Source: Lama glama
Lineage: Eukaryota
Reading direction: 5' to 3'
NCBI GenBank assembly: GCA_028534125.1
Contig: CM052818.1
Span: forward strand, 43,712,001-43,776,000
DNA: 64,000 nt
The position numbers were made by a program, and so were the translations under genes. The first letter of the stretch is position 1. Every line of letters starts with the position of its first letter. Shown here in pieces: positions 1 through 11,786 of the stretch. A model generated the notes under the pieces. The model searched no databases, had not been told where the DNA came from, and saw only the letters and a program-made list of their open reading frames with translations.

Positions 1-349
1 CGCCCTCTACTTACCAACTGTCAAAGTCACACTAAGATTAGGACACGTCTAGGAAGCATCACAGTGTGGGTACACTTCCCACAAGGGGCGGGGGGAGATT
101 AGAAGTCCAAAGACGAGCATTCTTTTTCCAGCTGCACCAGTAGCTGCATAAACTGAGAAGTTATTTGCATTTCTGGACCCAGTGTCTTCGCATGGCAAAC
201 AGGTTTATAAATTAAAATCCTAATTCACGATGTCACGTCCTATGCAGGAAGGTGCCCTTGAAGCAGCTGGATATGTGCTGCAATGAAGGATACTTGTTAG
301 CATCTTTAAGATACTAGTTTTCTGAATGTGTAGTATGCTTGGCCTTTTG

Positions 350-1135
350 TCACTGTTTTAAACTGAGGTATAATCTGTATCTACAAAACTGTACAGCTCT
401 TAAGTGTTCAGATGAATGAGTTTTGCAATTTTCTGTGCTCATGGTAACCTCCAAAGGAAATGTGGTATAGAACTTGTCCACCACACCAGAAATTCCCTTG
501 AGCCCCTTTCCAAACAGTTCCAGCTTCTTACTTCCCAAAAGAGGCAATCACTTCTGACTTCTGCATCTCCTGGTCTTGGTCTTCAAATGAGCTAAGTTGT
601 ACCATGTGTATTCTTTTGACCTGTTTGTTTTTGCTCTCTGCATATTTTTTAGATTCATCCCAGTAGTTGTGTGGCTCCTTCCACTAGGATTCAGTTCCAT
701 GAAGATACCACAATTTGTTTAACTATTATATTGGGGTTTTCTTGCTTTTATTTATTTTATTTTTTAATTTTAAAAAAATTTATTGAAGTATAGTCAGTTT
801 ACAATGCTGTGCCAATTTCTGGTGTACAGCATAATAGCTCAGTCATACATGTACATACGTATGTTTATATTGTTGACAAACAGCTGGACTGTTTGCAGTC
901 TGGGGACGTTAGGAACATTCTTGACAAGTCTTTGGGTACTTGTTTTATTTCTCTTGGGAAAACATCCAGGAGACAAAATGCTGGGCAGGAAGGCAGCTGC
1001 ATGTCTGACTTTACAAGAAACGGCCAAAAGTTTTTCCCTAGTGCTCAACCCGTGTCACAGTTTCCATGGGGAGGTATGAGTGTCCAGTTGCAGTATCTGC
1101 TTGGTGACGTCTGCTATTGTTTGTGTTGTAGGCAA
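350..1135 (-). mobile_element. Old LINE-1 (L1M-type) 3' region, antisense, interrupted by a younger L1 tail
   Basis: Resembles antisense L1 3'UTR/ORF2 end (tttagattcatcc; ccacaatttgtttaa; tttctcttggg; ctttacaagaaacggccaaa). Confidence 0.75.
734..864 (-). mobile_element. Short 5'-truncated cetartiodactyl-type L1 3' end with 8-bp TSD
   Basis: T-rich tail followed by attgaagtatagtcagtttacaatgctgtgccaatttctggtgtacagcat. TSD ttatattg at 726-733 and 865-872. Confidence 0.8.
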
Positions 1136-1139
1136 ACTG

Positions 1140-1285
1140 GAGATATGGAATGGATACCCCCCATCCAACCTTTGGCTCAGATGTCAAGACTGATGACACC
1201 ATATACACACCGAAAGGTATGAAAAGGTTTATTATTGATATAATGGTAGTGGGGAGGGCAGAGCAGGATCCAAAGTAGGTCTCTG
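1140..1285 (-). mobile_element. LTR fragment (ERVL-like), subfamily uncertain
   Basis: gatgtcaagactgatgacacc...gaaaaggtttatta resembles an antisense LTR end containing a minus-strand AATAAA. Confidence 0.45.
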
Positions 1286-1294
1286 AGTCAGAAT

Positions 1295-1560
1295 ATTTTA
1301 GTTACGTCAGGTAAGTGGAATCATGCAGTATTTGTCCTTCTGTGACTGACTGATGTCACTTAGCATAACGTCCTCCAGGTTCATCCATATTGTCACAAAT
1401 GTCAGGATTTCCTTTTCTTTTAAGGCTGAGTAATATTCCGCTGTAGGTGTATTACATATTTCTTTATTCATTCATTCATTGGTGGTCATTTAGGTTGTAA
1501 ACATAAATTGACTATGTGCCTAATGTTGAAATGAACATGGGGGTTCAAATATCTCAAGAT
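1295..1560 (-). mobile_element. L1MA-like 3' fragment
   Basis: aatcatgcagtatttgtccttctgtgactg...tcacttagcataacgtcctccaggttcatccatattgtcacaaatg...aggctgagtaatattcc is typical antisense L1 3' sequence. Confidence 0.85.
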
Positions 1561-1579
1561 CCTTTTTTTTTTTTTTTGG

Positions 1580-1960
1580 TGATTGTCTTCAGATTTACTG
1601 GTACTTTCTCATTTTATGTTTGAAGTCTGTTCATCAACCCACCAAATGAGTTCTTCATTTCTGGCTTCTGATTGTCTTTTCCATTTCGAGTGTTTTTACT
1701 TTATTAATTGACGTGGATCTGCTGAAATCACCCATCTCTTTATTCATGTTGTCTTCCTTTCCCAAGCTGTTAATATAATTATCACCGTTGTTTTAAAGTC
1801 ATTGTCTGATAATTCTTACATTGAGGCCATCTCTGGGCCTGTTTCTATTGACTATTTTTTTGTCTTAATGGTGGGTTACATTTTTCAGCCCTTTACTGTG
1901 TCCAAATTTATAACTTTGGGCTGGAGGTTATGTATGAAAGAACAATAGAGGACAGAAGAA
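1580..1960 (-). mobile_element. Old L1 internal fragment
   Basis: T-rich; ttgttttaaagtcattgtctgataattc...ggccatctctggg...tttctattgact resembles ancient antisense L1M internal sequence. Confidence 0.55.
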
Positions 1961-3739
1961 AATAATATTTATCCCCAAAGCAGGAAGTGTTATGCACAAG
2001 AAGAGATTATTACCATGTATGTGATATATTCTAATGCCCATGTCTGCCTCTCAGGGAAAGCCCTCTCACACCAGAGACCTCTCAGGATGTGCTTCCCAAC
2101 CCCCAGGCCAGACGCTGTGACAGTGGCAGCGATGTCGAAGGCCACATCAAACCAGTTTTTCACTTGGGGGAATTTATTTTCCAGCCTTCTGTCTCTGTTC
2201 AGAGTATGATATCATTGTGATTTTTTTAAAGACTTTTTTGAGATTCTGTCTCAGGCAATTTGCTTATGATACTTTATTCATTTTTGAAAAAAAAAGTTAA
2301 TAATTGTTACCATCACAAATTGGGACATTAAGCTTTAAGTATCATGTCCCAGTAGGTATAGAAAATCCAGGCTAAAGTCTCAGTAACTCCAAATCATGTT
2401 TTCTGTCTGTTGCAGAACACAGGTATGTTAGGGTTACACTACGAGATTGCTTCAACCTCTTTTTTTCTATCCTTTCATATTGCTTCAAGACTATAACATT
2501 CCCCTTAAAATGGAGCCCCCTTTTTATGTACCTTTTAACGTAAACTTTATAATAATGTTTCTCTTTTCTAATTGTAGCTCTGTGAATAGAAAGCCCTTGG
2601 TCTCCAGGTTCAGAGCTCTTTTTTTTTTTTCCTTTGCTTTTTCTATTTAGGTATATCTAAGTTCTTTTATTTTACATCATCAGCACCATCTCTGACAGTT
2701 TATGCAAGGACTCTGTTCTGCTGGGATATTCAGTAGAGATAATGTGTACCCCTGTAATCTATAATTATTAGTGAGTTTCCTCTACCACCTCCAGGATGCC
2801 ATCTGGAATTGCTCTTTGTTCTCTGTCCCGAGGCAAGACATCTGCCAGTGACCTGTTTTCTCCATTCTAAGCTCCTATTTCTCCAAAAGCACTCCGGCTC
2901 ATAGAGAATTGAGCACACACATGTGCACACTCCAGCAGTGATGTTATCAAAAATAGGAAAGTTACATTTACATAAAATGCAGTTTTCAAATAGTTTATCC
3001 TCTGTCTTATTTCAGTTTACTGCTTTTCTTTCTTAAAGTATCAGTTCTTTGTAAATTGTGATAAAAATATCTAATTTGAATGCTTCATCAGGGATCGTAG
3101 CAATTTATATGGAAACTGACCTAGTTCATTCCTGTACTGTCTAATTGGGTGACAGATATTGGAACACTCATATGACCTTCAGGAGCTGGAATGCCCTGTG
3201 GATACCCTGGCTAACTTATATTTTGGTTCCTTTCCTTTTTTTTTTTTTGTGGATTTCTAAACAATGTACTTGGTTTCAATGTTGTGGCTAAACTGAATTA
3301 GTCTCTAGAACTAGTTGGAGAACGTTGAACATTTTTCGTTATTGTTCCGTTTTTATTTTTAGTTTTCTGTTTACCAATCAAGGACCTGGCAGGGCGTTTA
3401 CTCAACAAAACTTTTGGGTGTATAATATCCTGGCTTGTCACCAGGAATGTGCATTATAATCATCAGTGGAGCTTTTGATATTATAAATTCCCCCCCGCCG
3501 AAGCCCTAGAACACACGCTGTGCTATGTGGGGTTGAAGCCCAGGTTGAACAGGATGTGTTCCCATGGGTAAGGATGGGTGAGGACTGCTACCCCGTGAAG
3601 CACCAGTGTCCGCTCTCTGCTCAGGGAAGGCAGCAGTGAGCGTGATCACATCTTAGCTCGCAAAATGCTGGCACTCTGTGCAAGGAACAGGCACATAAAT
3701 GTTCAACTTAAAAATAACGGGTATCATGTCCGACTGGAG

Positions 3740-3985
3740 ACTGGAGAATGCTTCCAAGAGAAAGTGATGTCTTAGCACAGTTCTGAGAAATAGGATTCAT
3801 CCAGATGAAAAAAGCAGAAAGAACATTCCAGACAGAGGGAGCAGCATGGGCCAAGATCCAGAAGGGAGAGGAACTCTGAATATTTGAGGAATCTTAAGTA
3901 AAAATTGTTGATAGAAGTGGGTGATGAAAGATAGCATCGTGTAGGGTCTTGTAAACCACGTGTAGTGTTCAGATTTCATTCTTAT
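3740..3985 (-). mobile_element. L2 fragment
   Basis: aacattccagacagagggagcagcatgggccaag and agggtcttgtaaaccacg are typical antisense L2 motifs. Confidence 0.7.
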
Positions 3986-4059
3986 CGCCCAGAGCTGAGT
4001 TGTAAATGTATAAGATATAAACCTTGTAACTAAGCAAACCTCACATGGCTTACAAATTC

Positions 4060-4170
4060 TGAAGATTTGGCAAACTGCTTAAACTCTCTAATCCTCCACT
4101 TTCTAACCTCTTAAATAGGACTACGGGTACCAACGTCTTGTGTAGGTAGAGGATGAAATGCTATTACAAA
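4060..4170 (+). mobile_element. MIR fragment
   Basis: ttggcaaactgcttaaactctctaatcctccactttct...taaatagg resembles the MIR core. Confidence 0.55.
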
Positions 4171-4565
4171 CAAGGAACATTTCCTTCAGGACTTTTCTCC
4201 CAGCAGAAGGCCATTTGCTGTCCATTTTCTCCTTCCCCTTCATTCTCTCCCTGTGCGCTCTCGGGCCGGAGCCTCGGGGGGGCTTGGAGCCACAGCTCAG
4301 GAAAGAGTAAGGGAAGGACACAGTGACCATGAGTGTGCTGCGGCCACAGGAAGAGATGATGCAAGTATCAGTCATGCAGCCAATGAGGCCACTGATGCTG
4401 TGCCTAAGAGAGGCGTGGAGAAAGGTGGTTCCAGGCTTGTTACGTAGTGTCCGGATGGGAGGCGCTGAAGGGCATCTCTGGGTCTCTTGGTCTTTCCTTC
4501 CTGGTCATAAAACAGTGGATGTACCACAGCTTCACGGGGGGAAGGAAGGGGCAGCAGAGAAAAAC

Positions 4566-4568
<3 letters not shown>

Positions 4569-4595
<27 letters not shown>
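4569..4595. repeat. (TG)13 microsatellite
   Basis: Directly visible. Confidence 0.97.
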
Positions 4596-4599
<4 letters not shown>

Positions 4600-5228
4600 C
4601 CCTTTCCCCCACAACTTTTCAGTCTATGAAGAAAGAAAATCTCTACAAGAAGGACTCAGAAGAGGGAGCTTTACATCCCACTAATCAGCCAGCTCGCCCC
4701 ATCCCTAGTTTGGCTCAGGGAACTGGGATCGCACGCATGGCTGACACTAAGCACAAAGATCAGGACTGGACGGGGGACCTCCCTCCCTTTAATGTCCTGC
4801 TGTTCACCTCATATCTGAACAAAATCAGGTTTCTGTTAGCAAGGAAGAAAATGGACCTGTCTCCCAGGAAGCTGATCTGTCACAATTAGAGCCGTAAGGA
4901 AAGTCCGGGGGGCGGGGGGCGTCTACGAGGGAGGGTCGGCCAGAAGCAGGAACCAAGTCCAAGCAGGGACTCGGCAAGGACAGCCTCGTTCTGGAAAGAT
5001 GGGAGAGAGACCCCAAAGTCTTCATTAACCCAGGGCAAGGAGGCCAGGAGAACTGCCCAGAGCTAGGCTATCACAGAAAATGTGTCTAACAACAAAGTAG
5101 AAGGAAAGTGAAATAGGGCTGGGGAATTGACATTTAAATAAACCCCCAGCTTCCACTGGGGTTGCAGGTTGACTACTACCCTTTTTACTTGAAACCCGGT
5201 TGGCAGCTAATACGGGGTGGGTACCTGC

Positions 5229-5262
5229 CAGCGCCCTCTGCAGCCTAGAGCTGGCATTGCAA
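5229..5262 (-). promoter_or_regulatory. Candidate CTCF site with upstream (ZF9-11) motif
   Basis: Minus strand reads TTGCAATGCC-agctc-TAGGCTGCAGAGGGCGCTG. Confidence 0.6.
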
Positions 5263-5669
5263 GCACCTTCCCACACATTGCCCCACATGCTAACACCGTA
5301 CAAACGTCTCTAAATGGAAAAGCTTTTAAATTGAAGCCAAGAAGTATTATATAAAAAAAAAAAAACCCTCAACCCTAGAACCTCTTCATTAAGAACAGAT
5401 AATAAAAATTTTAAGATCTCCACTGACAAAAGATGCTCTCTGGCTGAGTGATATTTCACATGCTTTTCTTATTTTTCCAGATGAGTCATCCTCCTTGACT
5501 CCCTTAGTTGTGAGGAAATAGATGCACAGCGAGTAAACACTAGTGGTCTGACCCGGACACACTGTTGTAATTGTGGCAACGACAACCAGAATAGAAAAAT
5601 AAAACTTTGTCACCGTCTGTTGCTTTCTTGGAACAAGGCTGGGAGTGTGTGAGAGAGAGAGAGAGACTG

Positions 5670-5880
5670 ATGACCTAGTGAGTGCCCACCATGTGTCATG
5701 CTCATGCGAGATGCATTATATACATTATCCCTCATCCTCTCCACAATCCAGTGAAACCGTTCCCATTATCCCTACTTTGCAGAGGAGGAGATGCATTCAG
5801 AGAGGTTAAGAGCTTTCCATCAGCGGTGTAACGGAGCATCAGATCCACGCAGGGCTGGGGTCCACATACCTTCTACCATA
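5670..5880 (-). mobile_element. MIR
   Basis: gagtgcccaccatgtgtca...cattatccctactttgcagaggagga...cagagaggttaag. Confidence 0.75.
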
Positions 5881-6339
5881 TCCCAATTCGTGCTGGGCAC
5901 AGGCTTGGGGTTTTTAGTGATGGAATATGTGAGTGTCAGACAGATTAAGCCAGAGCAAACCACAGTGCTCCCAGCCAGACCAGCCAGGCTGGGATGCGCT
6001 GATTCTGAAGAGCCCCGCATCTCTCTCCCATCTTCCACAGAAAAAAACACAAGAGCTCATTCTGTATCTGGGTGATGCCCACAATCTAGATCTAAAAGAC
6101 ATTTTCCTCAAAAAAGTCCACACGGGGCTCCTGCCTCCTCTCTGTTTTCATTCTACTTAAACCCCAATAACTACTGTACTTTGGGGACATTATAGTAAAT
6201 TAAAGCTGGATTAATGTGAACTTAATCAGGTGCCCAAATAACCCAATAAAATTTTTTTCTATGAGATCCATTTGGCAAAATTAGGATTTATTTAGTTATA
6301 GAACCAAAATATTTGACCTGCCATACCAGTTAGGTAAAT

Positions 6340-6617
6340 ATACTGGTATATAGTATATAGAATGGTATGTATATATTATAGTATGTTATACTATATTATA
6401 TTATACTATAACATACTATATTATAATATATAATAATATATTATTATACATTTACTATATATTAATATATATTATAATATATTGTATTATTATATATTAT
6501 AATATAATATATTATTATATATTATACTATAAATGTATTATTACAATATTTTATATATTATAAATATATTATTATATATTATACTATACTATATAGTAAA
6601 TATATACATATATATTT
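6340..6617. repeat. AT-rich low-complexity (TA/TAA/TAT)n tract
   Basis: About 280 bp that is almost entirely A/T. Confidence 0.95.
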
Positions 6618-7544
6618 GATTGAAACACTATTTCTGATCACCTAGCTAGTTCAGACACATATCATCAAATGATACCAGACAATGAAAAAATTGTCCTCTA
6701 TTCCTTTGGTCCACTAATGTGATTGCCTCAAGAGTTGAACATGTTTTTTCTCTCAGATCGGTTCCAAAATCATGTTCTTATTTAAAAATTAATCGTTAAT
6801 TCAGTAGCCTGGTCACCTGCCACCTGCTCAGAATTCAGCTCTTAAACCTCTGAAGCTTCCCTCTCAGAACCATACCAGAAAAGGCGCGCTACTTTTGGTC
6901 TGTCACATTCAGATTAATCCACTTTAGAGCTCTGTTTTTATGTGATCTTCAGGACATGCTGGATTGCATTCCTCAACAACCCAACAGAGTGTGGAGACAT
7001 ACTGGTCTCCTGTTTGCTTAAAGAAAATCCGTTCTGCGTTGCTCGTTCTGTGTGTACGCATTCCCATTCTAAATTGGTTCTATTGTGATCTTTAAAAGAT
7101 GTGGTAATTCCTTGGAGATCTCAGGAGTGATAAAACTTGAACCAGAATTAATTAAATACTTGATTGGAAAAGGTCCACAATTGTCAGATAGCACCAGTGC
7201 AGTTTCATCACGTGGTTTATAAAAAGCCCGTCTGCCCAGGAACGTGTGCTGAGGACAGCGGCCAGCTTGACGAATGCTCTCTGATTCAGGACAGGGCAGG
7301 CCTGGGCATTCTTCCTCCGCCCCTTTAACGGTCAGCTTTGGGGACAATCAGCAGAATCCAGGCTTCCCTTTGTAACCCACTCATCAGCCAGACACCCCCA
7401 TACCCGTCCGTAGGCCCTCTGATGCTGGGCGACCCGGCCCTGCCTGTGACGTGTAGTCAGGGACCCACCTCTTAAACTTCCCTGCGTTTCACTGGTCCAG
7501 TATAATTATTATAAAACTATCACTACAGCAGTGCAGTGAGGACT

Positions 7545-7720
7545 ACTGGGCAGGGCTGAGGATTTGAAGACACACAGATTGACTTAGGTTAGAATCCCAA
7601 AGTCAGGACCTTCTCTGGGGACTGGGCCACTCAGCCTCTCTGAGCCACCCTTTACTCACTTGTGCGGATGACTACCAGCCACCTGATGAGGAGTTTGAGA
7701 AGGCAGCTCCAATGTGCTTC
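7545..7720 (+). mobile_element. MIR
   Basis: ggttagaatcccaa...ctgggccactcagcctctctgagcc...gaggagtttga. Confidence 0.6.
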
Positions 7721-8459
7721 CCCATATTGCCAGATGATAAAATTCACCTGGAAAGGCTGCCCTGATTCAAGAAGATCTGGAATGTTCTCCAGGAAACTGT
7801 ATGTTTTAAAAGCATGTTTAGGAAACGTGAAAATAACATACAAATGTGAAACATTAAATGAATTTTTAAAATATGTATTCCTACTTCTTCACAGAGCATT
7901 CAAAAATTATCACTATTCAAAGATGAACAGTATCTAAAAATGCTGACGATTTTTCCTTTCATTCATCTGTGCTGGCTTTTGAAAAGCCCTGAACATAACT
8001 GATCTTTTTAACTCCTCTAGGGTAATTCTGGCATCTGACGTATACTCATTCTGTTGGAAACATCTAGATCATCCCCGCTTTAAGGCGATGAGCAGATTCT
8101 CTGCCGTCCTACTTATTACGGGCACTGCCATTTTCACTCACCTAAATCTCTTTATTGATTCCCCTGAAACCAAACTCACAGGAAACGTCAGAAATATTCA
8201 CCAATCTGGAAAAGGCCATGCTTTCATCTGTCTGACTTACTCCAGGCAAAGCATATGTATCTCTACTTCTTAGCTATCTAATTATCTCTCAAGGATGACT
8301 AGTCGCTTTTGAAGTATATTTGCCCACCAAAAAAAAAAAAAAAAAAAAAACACCTCACTAAGGTGAAAACGTCAGCACTGGTGTGATAGAAATGCTTTCC
8401 AGCGGGAGACTCCCAGAATTTAAGGTCATAGAGGTTCAATGAAACGGCAGCGTTTCCTT

Positions 8460-8860
8460 TGAATGGGTCCACGGAAGTTCCCGCCCCGTGAGTTCCCCAT
8501 CTCCCAGCTCCCCCGCCACCATGAGCGGTCAGCTCAGACCCTTGATTTAGGGTCAGGGCGTGAGGGGCCCTCCTGCCACCTTCGCAGGTGCCCCCCGCCA
8601 CCGTCCCGGGGACACCTGAGCCGACGGGCCTCACGCTGCCGCACCCCGATTCCTTCCGCCTTGGGTCAGCTTCCCGCACTTCTGATCCTCAGCGATGCGG
8701 CCGCAGGGCGTCGCTTTCACTTGTGACAAGCGCACAGCCCCCGCCCTTCTCACGGGAGAACCGCCGCCCTCGGGTCCGTGTTCGACTCCTGGGTGAGAGG
8801 CGCATCCAAACGTGAGCGCCGGGCGGCCCGGACACAGCGCTGTGCAGGCCCTGCCTTTTA
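8460..8860. promoter_or_regulatory. CpG-island-like element (candidate promoter/enhancer)
   Basis: Densest GC/CpG stretch seen in the window. NotI site 8697-8704, GC boxes at 8480-8487 and 8739-8746, ETS core ACGGAAGT at 8471-8478. Confidence 0.55.
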
Positions 8861-9220
8861 ACCATCACCCAGTCTGGAAGGAAGCCCTTCCCAGTGTTTG
8901 CTGCTGTGAATTAAAACCGGCGACAACACATCCAATGATTGAGCTGCTTTGACCGGGCAGGGAACGTCTCAGATTTACAGCTGGCTGGATTCAGGGTTGG
9001 CCACCATGTGAAGGCTTTTTAAAATGTGACACCTGGGTCTCTTGTTCTTCATTTATTTCTTATGACAGAAAAAGTCTTTCTTACCCTCTCATTCCCCGAA
9101 CACGACATGAATGAACCTTTCCGATTTCTTGGACTCACCAGATGCGCCTTCCTTTGAGGGGTGTTTTCCCGAACAAAGTCTATGGCTGGAGTCTGGGGAG
9201 CTGCAGGGAAATTCTGAGAA

Positions 9221-9239
9221 GCATCACCAGGTGGCGCCA
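9221..9239 (+). promoter_or_regulatory. Candidate CTCF site
   Basis: GCATCACCAGGTGGCGCCA matches the core CCASYAGRKGGCRS with one mismatch. Confidence 0.55.
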
Positions 9240-9579
9240 GAGACACATTACAAGGCCCCCTAAAGGCTACTCCCAGTAGCAGGGGGTTCGTCCGCAAGCA
9301 CCTGATGAGTCTGTGCTTCCTCTCGGCATCTTCCTCCATCCAGGCTACTCGTGCAGGTCCTCCTGGGTTATCTACGCCTCATTACACGGTACCTGCTCCA
9401 TCTCAGCGGGCGGAAAGAGGCTTATCTTTTACCAGCTGCAGGAGCTATTCCCCACTAGGATAAAGGAAGGGTTCAGGCTTGCTCGCCAAGAAGCATTTAT
9501 CGAGAGCCAGCTGTGTGCTTGGCTCTGTTCTGCCTCTTGGTTTAAAATCTAGCGTTTTGCTGTTGGGAAGGGATGCAGA

Positions 9580-9735
9580 GTTCCTCTAGCCCTCAGCATC
9601 CTCTGCCCCTGTTTAAGAGGGAGAGACACTGAGGGTCAGAGGAAAGGGTGCCTGACTAACACCATTCAGAGAGTTAATAGCAGCAATTATACTAAAAACC
9701 AGACTTCCCGATTCCAATAGCATTTCCTTCGTGGT
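9580..9735 (-). mobile_element. MIR-family fragment
   Basis: ctgtttaagaggagagacactgagggtcagagg...agagagttaatagcag. Confidence 0.55.
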
Positions 9736-10139
9736 GTCTCTTGTTCAGCATTATTCCAGAGCAACCAAAGAATATAAGCCGTGTGGATACACAGATTCAG
9801 GCCTACCTTCCAGAAGCCTTGGTAGGTGCCCCAAGATAGGTGCCAATTGATGGATGAGTAAACTGACTCTTATTTCCTTTTATTCTGTTATAAAAGAGTA
9901 ATTCTCTTTGATCCATCAATCCCCACATTGTGTTTTCTTTGGGGATATTTTGAATGTTAAACTCAAACCTAAATTTTAGAGTAAAAAAATGAAGCATCCA
10001 AAATTGAAATAATGACCTCTTGGAAATCACATTTAAGTGTTTGTGTTCTTAGCAAGTTACAGACACGCCGAATATCAGAAGGGTCCCAAAGATGTTTAAT
10101 TTCTACAACCTTGAAGTATTTTGAACAGCGTGATAAACC

Positions 10140-10600
10140 CATTACATACGTTCATTTACACACAAACTCCGTGACAGGTGGCTTCTGTGTGGAAAGCTCT
10201 GCTCTGGGTCTAGGGATGCAGCTGGAAACAGGTAGACAGAGCCTCTGCCTTCACACACTTGTGTACTGTTGGGAGGAGACAGGCAATAAACAATAACAAG
10301 AGATGTCACAGAGCTTGTCAGAAAGTGTTAAGTGCTAAGGAGAGGAAATAAAGGCGGGGAGGAGCACCGGAAGTCCTGGAAAGGGAGGCGGGGCATTCTA
10401 TTCTAAACAGCTTGGCCAGGAAAGGCCTGGCAAACAGAAAGGGTGTATGCAGGAATGGCATTCCGGGCCAAAGGAACAGCAAATGCAAACTATCCAAGGG
10501 AGGGGCATGCCTGATGTATTGGAGAAGAGCAAGGAAGCCAGTGTTTCTGGAAGGAGGTGAGCCATAGGGGAGAGTGCCAGCAGAGGCAGCCAGAGATGAT
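10140..10600 (-). mobile_element. L2 3' end
   Basis: ctagggatgcagc...cctctgccttcacac...ggagacaggcaataaacaa...cattccgggccaaaggaacagcaaatgcaaa...gagcaaggaagccagtgt. Confidence 0.85.
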
Positions 10601-11786
10601 TGCATCAGCTTTTCTTCTTCTTCTTCTTTCTTTTTTTTTTTTTTCATTCCAAAATCCAGGGAGTGATTCTTTGCTTTAGTCTCAGCACTGGGTTACCCTT
10701 TTGTGAAGTAATTCATAGTTTTCCTTTTGCTACTGTGAAATAGGCATGAAATGTCCAGGTTACCATTCAAGCTGCAAGACGAGGTAACAGGGAAAAACTG
10801 TCGTCTGAGAACTGCTAAGGATTGATTAATAGTGAAATAATTTCCATCTCAGGCTGAAAATTCCACCTATCTTCTGGAGCTGACATCCAAGATTGATCAC
10901 CCAAGCCAAGTTAATCATAACAAATGAAAATGTGGGGGTGCCTGTAATTAATTACTACCTAAATGAGATTCCCACTTTTGCTAAAAATAGCCCTGGAATA
11001 GATCAGCTCCTTCATCTTTCGGTTTCCTATGCTAGATTCATAATTTCATTTTCCTGCTGATTCCTCTCAGAGCCCAACATGTGTCTCCCACAATGATTTT
11101 CTTCCCCCTCCTTGGTTTTATTTAAGAGTATTATATGTAAGAGGTGTGTAATTAAAGGGAATTATGAGTCTTGTGATAATGAGCTGTCCTCTGCTGGCTG
11201 TGAAGCACTGGTATTTAGAGATAATTTTGAAGTATATTATCTCTTTCCTGGACCTTATTTCCTGACCTTTCTCATAACACTGTGAATTAGGTATTTTTAT
11301 CATTATTGTTATGATTCATGTTTTACACGTGAGGAACAGTGGTCAAGGCATTTAAAAAGCTTTTCAATCTTTCACTCCCTATTGAACTGCCTATTGTTGA
11401 AATTTGTTTGATATTTTTGTGCCCAGCTTGGTCTCATTCACTGATTTAAACCAGCGAGGAGTTCTGTGCCGGCCATGTGGTAAAGACAACACTGGTGTCG
11501 ATTGGACTGAGTCGAATTGCTCTTGGTGGGAAGCCTCCTTCTTATTACTTGTTCCCTCAGGTCCTCCCCTCAGAACTCAGCTCAGGGGCTGCTCACTCTG
11601 GGGAGACTTCCCTGAAAGTTCTTCCTTCTTCAGTATAAGGTGTCCCTCCATCCTTGATGCCACCTCTGTGCTTTACACATCAGTCATTGTTACCAGAATT
11701 TCCAATTCGATTTATCTCAACAGATACTCATTGAGCTAAGGGATTAGTACGAGGTGTTCATCACACGCCCGCAGCTAAGATTACGC

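Noticed and set aside
809..1222. 137-aa ORF
   Set aside because: It crosses antisense L1 and LTR fragments.
4323..4889. 188-aa plus-strand ORF
   Set aside because: It runs through a (TG)n microsatellite, has no recognisable domain and shows no supporting exon structure.
8515..8550. Kozak-like GCCACCATG in the CpG element
   Set aside because: The frame closes after 9 codons (MSGQLRPLI-stop).
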